From: Chiloscyllium plagiosum
Taxonomy: Eukaryota
Reading direction: 5' to 3'
Assembly: GCF_004010195.1 (NCBI RefSeq)
Contig: NC_057755.1
Location: 8,461,286 to 8,525,285, forward strand
Length of the DNA stretch: 64,000 bases
Position numbers and translations under genes: made by a program. A model generated the notes under the pieces. That model had not been told where the DNA came from. It did not search any database and was given only the letters and a program-made list of their open reading frames with translations. Position 1 is the stretch's first letter; each line of letters starts with the position of its first letter. Positions 1 through 11,300 of the stretch are shown here, piece after piece.

Positions 1-1228
1 TCAGGTCTGGCACCATCCGTGGAGACAACGTAGAGTTCAGAACTGTCCTGTGGAAGGGTCACTGGGCCAGAAACATTAACTTCTGCTTTCTCTCCACAGA
101 TGCTGCCAAACCTGTTGAGTTTCACCAGCAATTTTGGGTGGAGGGAACTATAGAACAGGTTGCGAACAAAGTTTAAATCACAGAGACAACTCACAGAATG
201 CTGAGGCAGGGTATCAGCTGATCTGAGACGCGAGGTCATTCAGACAATTCAATGTAAAACTAAAGAATAAAGATGGTGTTGTAAAGTGGAAAGGAATTGA
301 TAAGATTAAAAAGTCAAAAGGGCAAGTTTGTTGTTGTCACACACAGCAATCAAACTTAACTTTCACTAATTAAGGCCGTTCTTAATTAATAACAGGGTCC
401 AGGACCTTGAACAGTTCTGAAGTAAACTCGGCACTTTGTACCTCAGATGCATGGCTGTGTTCTGATAAAAGCGTTATGGAACAGAATGTAGCTGATCATG
501 GATTTTATAGTGGCAATGACTGTACACACGTAATCCACATGCCTGCGATATTACAGGCACAGACCAGGCTCCGGATGGTTACATTTGTAGCTGTCGACTT
601 CCAAAATGTCAACCTAAGCCAAAAAGATTTATCCACTTTGGATCCCATTACACATATCTCCCAATATCGGAAAGTAGAGCTTTCCTATGAAACCTTACGG
701 AAGCCGAAATGGCATAAAGCAAAGAAGCATTAATTTGTGTGGGAAAAATGGCACCTTTTTGTGGAAAAGCGAAAGTCCTCTTCGGATTTCATTCAGTTAA
801 TGAAAACAATTAATAATGTAAGTCCTTAATAAAAGCAAAGTGGCATAAGGCTAAGTTTTGAAAATTGGGGGTACCTGTAATAAGAAAGCAGTCTGCTTAT
901 TAATGGAAGTTACAAATTATAGAGAAGGAGCCATCAACCACGCACGGATATGGGTGTTTAGATCATAGACCATACATTGGACAGAATTGAGTTACCTAAT
1001 GGTGTTTCTAGAACTTTTTTCAAAAGGGGCTGGCTCACGAGGCAATTTTGAGCTGAAGAAACCTTCGATGGGAAACAAAAATAGAAATTGCTGAAAAAAA
1101 ACTCAGCAAGTCTGGCAGCATCTGTGGAGAGAGAAAGCAGAGTTAATTTTTTGGGTCCAGTCATGCGTCTTCAGAACAGAACCAACCTTAGATTAGACAT
1201 TAAACGCTAAGATATTGTCACACAATTC

Positions 1229-1239
1229 TGTGTGTGTGT

Positions 1240-1266
<27 letters not shown>
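1229..1266. repeat. (TG)n followed by a poly-G run of about 27 nt
   Basis: Direct reading. Confidence 0.9.
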
Positions 1267-1270
<4 letters not shown>

Positions 1271-1440
1271 TTGCTCAGCCAGAGTGATGGCTTTTATTGT
1301 AAAGTAACACGGAAAGGGCAGGTTCAATTCGCACACTGGCTGAGGTGACCAGGAAGAATTCTCCTTCTCAAGTTAACCCATCACCTGAGGTATGGTGACC
1401 CTTAGTTTAAACCACCACCAATCATCTATCTCACTAATGA
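1267..1440 (+). mobile_element. tRNA-derived SINE; related copies at about 8425-8600 and 39540-39720
   Basis: B-box-like ggttcaattc; shared body ctccttctc...cctgagg..tggtgaccct.agttaaaccaccacc..tc..ctctctaatga. Confidence 0.55.
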
Positions 1441-2124
1441 AAGTCCATTAGAGACTTTCTTGGTTGCTTTGGAATATCAGCTCATTTTCTCCCTCTGCTT
1501 ATTTCCAGGGTTTCCTCTTTTCAATAATGATGGGATATGACCAGTGCTGCAGTGCACAATAATGTCTGTCATAGACATTAGATTGGCTGGATATGGAGTA
1601 GCTATTTACACAGATGATTAATAAATTGCGCTATAAAATGTTCTTACTCCAACAAATAAACTAGAACAACCCTTCTTATAACTTTGACAATCAAGGAGTG
1701 GGCTGGGTCGATCAAAGTTTACAAGATGTTAATCGGGATAGGTAAATAATAGGAAAATAAGATCGACAGGTAATTAATTATTAGCTTTGATCGGGGAATA
1801 CAGGAATCGAGATCGATTTTTTTACAGAGCAGAAAGACGGGCCAATTAATCACGCGAAGAGCAGTAGCTGTTTGGCATTCTGTTTGGAGAACGGGAATAG
1901 ATGCAGAAGATTTGTCGAGTTTTTAAGTAAGTGGTTGATGGATGGCTTTGAGTCCGACGTTCTCCTGGCTTTTCAGACAAAGGCAGCTTTTGGAAGTTAG
2001 GCTACAGATCAGCCACCATCATCTTGAATTGATAACAAAGATTTCAACTTATGGAGGAGTTTTTTTTTCCTTAAGACAAGGAGAGAAACATTTCTAAAAG
2101 TCATAAGGGGCAACTTGTTTTTTT

Positions 2125-2785
2125 TAAGCAGGCAGCGTAGAATGAACTTCCAGAGGAAGTGTGGATGCAGGTAGATTCACAAGAAAGGTTTTTGGATAAG
2201 TACATGAGAAGGAAAGATGAGGAGGGATATGGACCAAATGCAGACAAGTGAAACGAGTTCAGTTTGGGATTATGGCCAGCATGGACTGCTTCGAACGAAG
2301 GGTCTGTTTTTATGTTGTGTCAATCAACGAAGATTGACAAGGATGTTGGCAGAATTGGAGGGTTTGAGCTAGAGGGAGTGGTTGAATAGGCTGGGGATGT
2401 TTCTCTGGAGTGTAGGAAGCTGAGGGATGACTTTATAGAGGTTCACAAAATCGTGAGAGGCATGGATAGGCTAAACAGACAAGGTTGTTCTCTAGCAGGG
2501 CAAGGGAGTCTAGAACTAGACGGCATAGGTTTAAGGTGATTGGAGTAAGACTTAAAAGGGAACTAAGATGCAGCTTTTTCACGCACAGGACAGTGTGTAT
2601 GTGGAATGAGCTACCAAAAGAAATGGGGGAGGCTAGAACAATTGCAGCATTCATAAGGCATCTGGATGGGTATATGAATAGAAAGGGTTTGGAGAGTTAA
2701 GGCCGAAACGCTGGCAAATGGGACGCAGATATCTGGCTGGCATGCACACGTTGGACTGAAAGGTCTATTTCAGTGCTGTTTGACT
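2125..2785 (+). mobile_element. Two adjacent CR1 LINE 3'-end fragments
   Basis: RRHRFKV...FFTHRTVCMWNELP-type C-terminal ORF2 remnant and CR1 3' UTR. Confidence 0.85.
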
Positions 2786-2904
2786 TCAGAAGTAGGTTTG
2801 AGTGGGGCAGAGCAACACAAGGGCCTGTTGTGTTCACATCAAATTTACTGAATCCAATCGGTCTCAGCCTGGCAGAGGGATGAGAGGGATGACTCTCAGC
2901 CCAC

Positions 2905-4890
2905 TATCGGATTGTTGCAGGATCAGTACTGAAGGCGTGCCACACTGCCAGAGGAACAGTACTGAAGGAGTGCTGCACTGTCGGTGTGGTCAGTACTGAG
3001 GGAGTGTTGCACTGTCAGAGAGTCAGCATTGAGGGAGTGCTGACCTGACGGATGCTGAGGACTGAGGGAGTGCCATACTGTCAGAGGGTCAATACAGAGG
3101 GAGTGCCGCACTGTCAGGGGATTAGGACAGATGGAGTACCGCACTGTCCATTGGTCAGTACTGAGGGAGTGCCGCACTGTCGGAGGGTCGGGACTGAGGG
3201 GATGCCGCACTGAGAGTCAATACTGAGGGAATTCCACACTGTCAGGAGTCAGAACTGAGGGACTGCTGCACTGTCAGAGTGTCAGTACTGAGGGAGCGCT
3301 GCACTGTTGAATGGTCAGTAATGAGGGAATACTGTACTGCCAAATGGTTAGTGCTGAGGGAGAGCCGTATTGTCAAAGGGTCAGTACGGAGTGAGTGCGG
3401 CACTGTCAGAGGGTCAGTACTGAGACTGCCGCACTGTCAGAGGGTCAGTATTGAGAGATTGCTGCACTGACGAGAGTTAGTACTAAGCGAATATTGTACT
3501 GTCAGATGGTCAGTGTGGAAGGAGTACAGTACTATCGAAGAGTCAGTACTGATAGGAGTGCTGCACTGTTGGATAGTGTGGACCAAGTGAGTGCTGCACT
3601 GTCGGATCGTCAGCACTCAGGGTGTGCCGCACTCTCTGGGGGGTCTGATTGACGGTGTATTGCACTATAGTTTGGTGAGTTTTGAGGGAGTACTGCAGTG
3701 TCGGAGAGTCAGCACTGAGAGAGTGCCACACTGTCAGAGGGTCAGTACAGAGGGACTGCTGCACTGTCAGAGTTTGAGTACTGAGGGAGAGCCACACAGT
3801 TGAACTGTCAGTACTGTGAGTGTATTGTACGGTAAGATGGTCAGTACTGAGGGAGGCTCGTGCTATCAGAGGATCAGTTTTGAGGAAATACTGTACTGTC
3901 AGATGATCAGTACTCAGGGAATGCTACTCTATCAGAGAGTTAGTACTGAGGGTTCCTTATTCTGGATGAAGGGCTTTTACGCAAAAATAGATTCTCCTGC
4001 TCCTCAGATGCTTCCTGACCAGCTTTGATTTTCCAGCACCACACTTTCGACTCTGATCTCAGGACCTGCAGTCCTCACTTTCTCCAGAGGCACCGCTGCA
4101 CTATCAGAGGGAGAGTACTGAGGGAGTGCTGAACTCTCAAGGTGCCAATATTGAGCAAATACCGTACTGTCAGATAGTCAGTATGGAGAGAGTGCAGCAC
4201 TATCAGAGGGTCAGTACTGACAGAGTGCTGCATTGTTGGTCACTGAATATTGAGCGAGTGCAGCACTGTCAGAGGATCAGTAATCAGGGAGTGCCGCTCT
4301 ATCAGGGGGTCAGTACCGAGGGAGTCCCACACTAGCAGAGGTTCAGTACTGAAGAAGTATTGCACTGTCAGGAGGTCAGTACTGAGACGTTGCCACACAG
4401 TTGTAGGGTGAGTACTGAGTGCTGCACATATCAGAGTGTCTATTCTGAAGGAACACTGCACTGTCAGAGAGTCAGTTCTGAGTGAATGCTGCAATATAGG
4501 AGGGTTAGTACTGAGGAAATTCCACACTGTCAGATTGTCATTACTGAGGGAGTGCCACACTGTTGGAGGGTCAGTACTGAAATTGTGCTGCACTATCAGA
4601 CATTCAGTACTGAGGAAATGCGGCACTGTCAAATGGTCAGTACTGAGTGAGCCCCCCTCTTTCAGTGGTCAGCATGGGGGGATATTGTACTGTCAGATGT
4701 TCAGTACTGAGGCAGTGCTGCACTGTCTGAGGGGCAATATTGAGGGAGTGCCACACTGTTGGAGGGTCAATATTGAGGGAGTGCTGCAACATTGGAGAGT
4801 CAATTCTGAGAGAGTGCCGCATTCTCGGAGGGCCAGTACTGAGGGATTGCTGCATTTACAGTAGGTCAGTGCTGAAGAGTGCTGCAGTGT
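2905..4890. repeat. 33-bp minisatellite, consensus AGTACTGAGGGAGTGCCGCACTGTCAGAGGGTC, roughly 55 diverged copies
   Basis: Direct periodicity; yields 11-aa repeat pseudo-ORFs (STEGVPHCQRV). Interrupted at about 3952-4086. Confidence 0.95.
3952..4086 (+). mobile_element. Penelope-type terminal repeat remnant with decayed hammerhead core, inserted in the minisatellite
   Basis: ttattc-tggatga-agggc...attctcctgctcctcagatg...ccagcaccacact, same family as 52921-53050. Confidence 0.7.
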
Positions 4891-5157
4891 TGATGAGGTT
4901 GTAAACGCATTTAGAAACAGTGAGCAAAAGCTGCTGATTGTTTGTAGCAAGGTTTGCCTCAACAGTGTATCAGGAACTTTGACTTTGAAGTTAACAATTC
5001 CTGCCACTGCTCGTAATCGGGGTTAATCCCCAATTCACTTCTTTGTCCGGTCTTCGCTTCTCATCCTGGACATATGTGTTTTATTTTTAGCAGCAGCTCT
5101 TTTTGATGTTACAGAGTTCTTGAAGAGTGAAGGGAATTTACCCCAGAATCAGGGCAA

Positions 5158-5347
5158 ATGCTGTCGCTGGGGGAGAGAGTCAAGCGTTACCTGACGTTTG
5201 CTTCAGGGATCTTCGAGTGTATTGGCTTCGCTGGTGCCATCTTTGGCTGGGCCTCGCTGGTCTTTGTGCTGAAGGAGGAGGGCTATTTCTATAACCTCTG
5301 TGTCTCGCCGCACAATTCCAGCGAACCTGGAGGCAGTAATGGCACAG
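5158..5347 (+). CDS. slc43a3: SLC43A3-like coding exon 1 (TM1; N-glycosylation sequons NSS and NGT in first loop)
   Basis: [48 protein letters not shown]...NGT; donor CAG|gtaagg at 5348; upstream acceptor ttacag ends 5114. Confidence 0.93.
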
Positions 5348-8300
5348 GTAAGGCTATCCTTGAGGAGTCAATGCCTCCTGGCATTATCACGAGATTATTT
5401 AATCCAGATTAGGCCATTCAGCCCATCGTGTCTGATCTGCTATTCAATCATGGCCAATAAGTTTCTCAACCCCAGTTTCCTGCTTTCTTTCAGTAACCTT
5501 TGATTCCCTTGCCACTCAAGAACATATCTATCTCAGTCTGAAATGCACTCAATCATCTGGCCTCCAGAGCCTTCTGTGGCAACGAATTCATTGATTCTCT
5601 AGCTGAAGATCTGTCTCCTTATCTCCATTCCAAAAGGTCTTCCCTTTGCTCTAAAGCTGTGCCCTCCTACCAATACAAACACCTTCCCAATATCTGTGCT
5701 GTCTAGGCCGCGCAGTATTCAATCAGATCCCAGCCCCACCCCACCCCCATCCTTCCAATCTCCATCAAGTGTACAATCAGAATTCTCAAACGCCCCTCAT
5801 TTGTTAAGCCTTTTAATTCCTGGGACCATTCTTGTGATCCTCCTCTAACCCGCTCCAGGGCCAGTACAACCTTCCTGAGATATGGGGTCCAAACGTGCAC
5901 ACCATGCTATCTCAGATACCTCACTCTTACCTCAGAGTCACTCTCTTTCTCGGTTTCATAGTGGACTGTTACCTCCAAGATGAACGTTTTGCCCTCATCT
6001 TTACCATGGCTTCATTCATGGACAGTTTCACCACCCTCCCTGGTGGCTACATCTTTGATCGCTTTGGCACCATGCCGGCTCAGTTCATGGCCATGTGAGT
6101 ACTTTGGGCACTCTTTGTTGTGGGTTGGTTCCCCTGTGGGCCCCGTGCAAGGGAGAGAGGAGCCGGTCAGAGGGGAAGCGGAGATGGAGGAAGAGACTGT
6201 GAGGGGTGGGCGGGATACATTATATGTGAATAGGAGTGGGGATACAAGGGGATGGGTGGGGTGGAAAGCGGGAATACAGAGCGTTGAGTGGGACGGGTAC
6301 GGGCGAGGGATGGGGCCAGAAGTGGAAGGGCAGCAGGAGGAGCAGATATTGAAGGAGGCCAGAGGAGGGGAGAAGGGCCACAGTCTGTGAATTCAAAACT
6401 AGCCATTCGGACGAGATGCTAGAAAACACGTCTCAGGGGAGATGGAGGTGGATGCAACGGATTAATTATGTGTTTCTCTCTCTCTGTAAACCTTTTTCAG
6501 ATCCATGTACACCACGGGAACACTGCTGGTCGCCTTCTCTACAGCTGGTGAGTATTCCAGGATTTCCCTGGTTGTGGATAGGGAAATTTCTACATTCCAG
6601 GGCAATTCACTGTCTTCTCACAGACACCAACAGAGAGCCTTCAATTTTAAATGGAGGTACAAAGTGAATCTCCTCAAGGTCGCTGTGCAACATTAGGTTA
6701 ATTAGCATCAGGTCGGGTGGCCCAGGCATAGCAACATAGCCACTTGACCCTGTTCTGCTCTTCAGTCAGATCGTGGATGAACTGTGGTTCCCTGAAAAAA
6801 CCTCCCTTTGGCTCAAGTCCTTTGCTTAACAGAAAATTATCTCTCAGATTTAAAATTAACAACTCATCCAGCATCCACTGCTGTTTGTGGAAAGGAATTC
6901 CAACCTCTCCAAGCCTTTGTGTGTCAAAGTGCTTCCTAACATCTCTCCTCAACACTCTGACCCTCGTTCTCAGAATATTAGACTCGGACTCGGATTATAT
7001 TACTGGATTAATAATCCAGGATGGAGCCCTAGACTGGTTAACGTTCTATCTGGTGTGTGGTAATGCATTAGTTATATTTTTTTCTGACTATGTATAAAAC
7101 GTTCAGACAGTGATTATGTTATTGATCTCTTGTTCCAGACTACAGCAGGGCAGCTATTATTCTAGAACATAAGAAATCTTGAGCTAGACGCACGAAGAGG
7201 CCATTCAGACCCTTACTCCTGTTCTGGCATTCAACACAATCATGGCTGATCTCATCTCGGCCTCAACTCTACTTTCTTTCATAACCATTTGTTCAATGAC
7301 TAAGTCAAAATCTGTCCACCTCCGCCCTAAATTTACTAAACCTCCCAACATCCACTGCACTCTATGGAGTGAATTCCACAGATTCATGACACATTGGGAG
7401 AAGTAATTTCTCCACATCTCTGACTTAAATGTGCACATGTCAAAAAGTGTGGTGCTGGAACAGCACAGCCAGTCAGAGAGTGTCCGAGGAGCAGTAGAAT
7501 CCAAGCAGCAGGAAAAGATGCCCTAAACGTCGATTCTCCTGCTCCTCAGATGCTGCCTGACCGTCTGTGCTTTTCCAGCACCACACTTTTTGTCTCTGAT
7601 CTCACTTTCTTCAAGTTGATTAAATCTTCTAAACCCTTATCCTAAACGATGGCCCCTCGTTCGAGATTGTCCAACATGAGGGAACAACCTCTGTACAGCT
7701 ACTTTGTCAATCAGGATCTTACAAACATCAACTGGATCTCTCCTCATTCTTCTAAACTCCAGCGAGTATCAGCCTAAACTGCTCAATATTTTCTCATCCC
7801 CTCATCTCTGGTATCAATCCAGTGAACTTTCTCTGAACCGCCTCCAAAGCAACTGCATCCCTCACCAAGCGAGTATCCTCGATTAATTATCCAGCATGCC
7901 ATACGTTGCTGGTTAAATTCCTGGAATTACATTTGAAGGATTCTATAGCATAACTGTTATATCTGTGAGACATTAATCCACAACTCGATAAGTCTGCTGA
8001 CTACGTGACTGTAACAATAAACCAGAAGATTGCTTTAACATGGTTATATTGTTAAACTAATAATTCCCTGTATAGCAGTATAATGGTTTAATACTGAACT
8101 AATTAGCAAAGTGTATGGGTGCAACATTGTTCCTCGATTTATAATCTAAGATTCTCTAGCAGTATTGTTTTATTTCAGTGTTAAGTCAACACATGGTGGT
8201 ACGGTTTCTACACTACTGGATTACTAATGCAAGATAACCTACTATAATTTCGATGCATGATTTAAGGAATGGGACTGTTATGTTGGTGTTACTGGAATAA

Positions 8301-11300
8301 TAAACTCAGTAGAGCACACACAAGATGTATAACTAGTTTAAGGAGCAGGGCTGCTGCAGTTAACTAATAAACTTAAACAATAACCCCAGGTGTGGTTGGG
8401 CAGTCATTGTGCCCCTGATATTACTCAGTGTAGCTCAGTTAGGTGATTTGCTATGCAGCGTGTAGGCTCACTTCCCACAACAGCAGGGGTTAACCTGAAG
8501 AACTCTCCTTCTCGACCTCTCCCCTCGTCTGAGGCACGGTAACACTCAACTTAAACTGCCTCCTCTCTCTGTCTCTCTAATGAGAAAGCATCCCTGCGTT
8601 TCCTTTAATTTGTGTAAGCTTGTTCGGACAACCATGATGGAAGCCTACATGTTCGGAGTGGCAGAATGGAAAGTGACTTACTCTGACGCATGTTGAATGG
8701 AGTGACAGAGCGTGACACTGACAAATGGTGTGTACTGATATATACGCTCTGAGGAAATATTGTTGGGTGCAGAAGCTGCCATCACGAGGGCAACAAGACC
8801 AGGAGAGAGCTAACCCCAGTTTCCCAGCATCCAATTCACTTCTAACACCATCCTAAGCAAAGCCACACACCCAATCGGCACTGCATCCATCCATCACCAA
8901 TTTACGACTGTGTTCCTCCAAGCACCAACTTACCAAGGCTCTTTCGACAAGACCTTTCCAGATAGTTCAACACTTCCATACCAAGGAACAAGGGCAGCAG
9001 TTAGATGGGAAAACAACGCCCTGCAAATTGCTATAAAAGCCTGACTTGGGAACACATTGCCTTTCCTTCACTGACACTGAGTCCATACTGTGGAACCTCT
9101 TTCATATCAGCATCAATGGTGTAGCTACAGAATAAAGACTCTAGGGATGACGAAGGATGTTCACCCTTGAAATAATTCCACAGAGGCCTGTATCCCATCA
9201 CTAAGTCTGCCTTTATTTGTGGACAGTCCTTGACTTTAGAATAAGTTACCAGAGGAATCAGGAATTATTTTCTTTTATTCACACATCAGATGAGGGTGTT
9301 GTTGGCTAAGCCAGCATTTAGGTCTCATTCATAATGGTCAAGATGGCATTTGAAAATTAACCAGTTATGAGTCTGGAGTCACGTGTAGGTCAGACCATGT
9401 AAGGATGGCAGTTTCTTGCCCTAACGTACAATAGTGAACCAGATGTTTTTTTCCAACATTGGATTAATGGTCATCATTAAATTCTTAATTACCGAATTTT
9501 TATTGAATTTAAGTGGCACCATTTGCCATGATCGGATTTTAACCTGGCTCTCTGCATTAACTGTCCAGTGACAATTCCATTTCGCCAACTCTGATGTTTT
9601 TTTTTTAATCTGTCAGCCAGGGCTCCCTGACTGGAGCAGATTAACAGCCCCAGTCAGGGATCTCAGATTCTCTGAGGTCCAGCCAGTTAATCTCATTAAC
9701 ATCGTTACAACCGCCACCCTCTCAAGGACAAGTATTTGTGAGTAATAAATGCTGGCCCCGTGGCGAAACAATATCACAGCTAACAGAGAGGATTTTTCTG
9801 ATAATGCTCCTGATGTGACTGTAGTGAGTGCAATTCATATAAAGTATTGTCCTTGTTCCGAAGGGTCTTCTTACAGTGAGATGCTGAAAGGTGTCACACA
9901 GGTGAGCCTCACTTTGTTTCTGACATATTCCTCTCATCTCTGTCCACAGCGTCCGCCGTGCTGCTATTCCCTGCCGCCTGCCTACTCGCTGTGGGAGGAG
10001 GGACTTTCTACATCTCCAACATGCAGGTAGTGTTTCATAACGTGGAACAGAACAGAACGGGGCAGTGACGTAGCGTGGTACTGTGTCGTTTCCAGACTTT
10101 ATTTCTGTCAGCGTCCGTGCTGCTGTTTGAAAGGCAGGGCAGGGCAGGAGTGCCTCGTTGTTGTGGTACCAGTATCGAGAGAGGGCTGAACTGCTTTAGT
10201 ATGAGCAATAAGGTAAAACAGGAGCTGATAGGGGGGCGCCAATCATGGGCGGAGCACACTGGGAAGTAACGCAGCACTGCTTGGATACTCCAGCAATCCA
10301 GAGAGTGCAGAAAAAAGGCCACTCAGTGCCTGAAGTCCGCACCAATTCTCCGAGTATCCCACGCAAACCCATTGCTCACTGGTCTTTTATCATTGCAAAC
10401 CCGTCCCAATCTCCCTGGACACTAACAGCACGGGCAATCCACCCTAACCTTCACATCTTCGGGCTATGGGAGTAAACCAGAGCACCCAGAGGAAACCCAA
10501 GCAGGCACTGGGCGAATTGCTAACTCCACTCAGCCAAATGGCTGTGGTTGAAATTAAAAACTGGGTCCCGAGCGCTGTGGGGCACTGGTTCTAACCACTG
10601 AGCCACCTGTCTGTTACACCCACTCCTGCTCTGAATGGAGAGAAAATGGGAGACTTCAGGAGGCCAGAGTGTAATCTATTTACACAATCCATTCCAACAT
10701 TGGGGTAGGAGGGGTTTCCATTTAAGTTTCTGAATCTGTGGTCAACTAACCTTGCTGCTGCTTGAAACTACCGCTGTGTGCCACGTGACATTCATCTGTC
10801 CATCACCGTCCTTACGCATTGGCTGCAGCCTCTCTGTAACCACTCAGGGTCTCCCAATTTCTACACCACACCGCCGCTCCCCCTCCCCCCTCCCCCCTCA
10901 CTTCCAGGGAGATCCTTACCATCCAGCACAGTCCATGTCCCAAACTCGACCTCGATAATGAATTCTGCAGATTCACTGCTCACTGACAGAACAAATTCCT
11001 CCTCATTGCTATCTTAAATGTGTAAACTCTTCTTCTGAGATTTTGCCCTCTGTTCTGAGACTCTCCCACAGGGCGAAACAAACTTTCCATATTTCCTCTT
11101 CAAGTCCCTTAGGTCTCCAATACGTTTCAATATGGTCGCATCCCATTCTTCTAAATTCCAACAACGTTCTGAACAGAGGCCAATCCATCATATAAACCAA
11201 CCTTCCATTCATTAACTCCATCTACACTTCCCACTGCCTCAGGAAAGCAGCCAACATCATCAAAGACCCCGAGTATGCTCTCTTACGTTCTCTTCCATTC

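Noticed and set aside
407..733. 108-aa ORF
   Set aside because: Non-ATG start, no recognisable motif, no convincing splice context.
2802..4864. Many ORFs with 11-aa repeats (STEGVPHCQRV), and a superficial CRISPR-like periodicity
   Set aside because: By-product of a 33-bp tandem unit with frequent stops. Units are contiguous without unique spacers, and the DNA is vertebrate with no cas genes.
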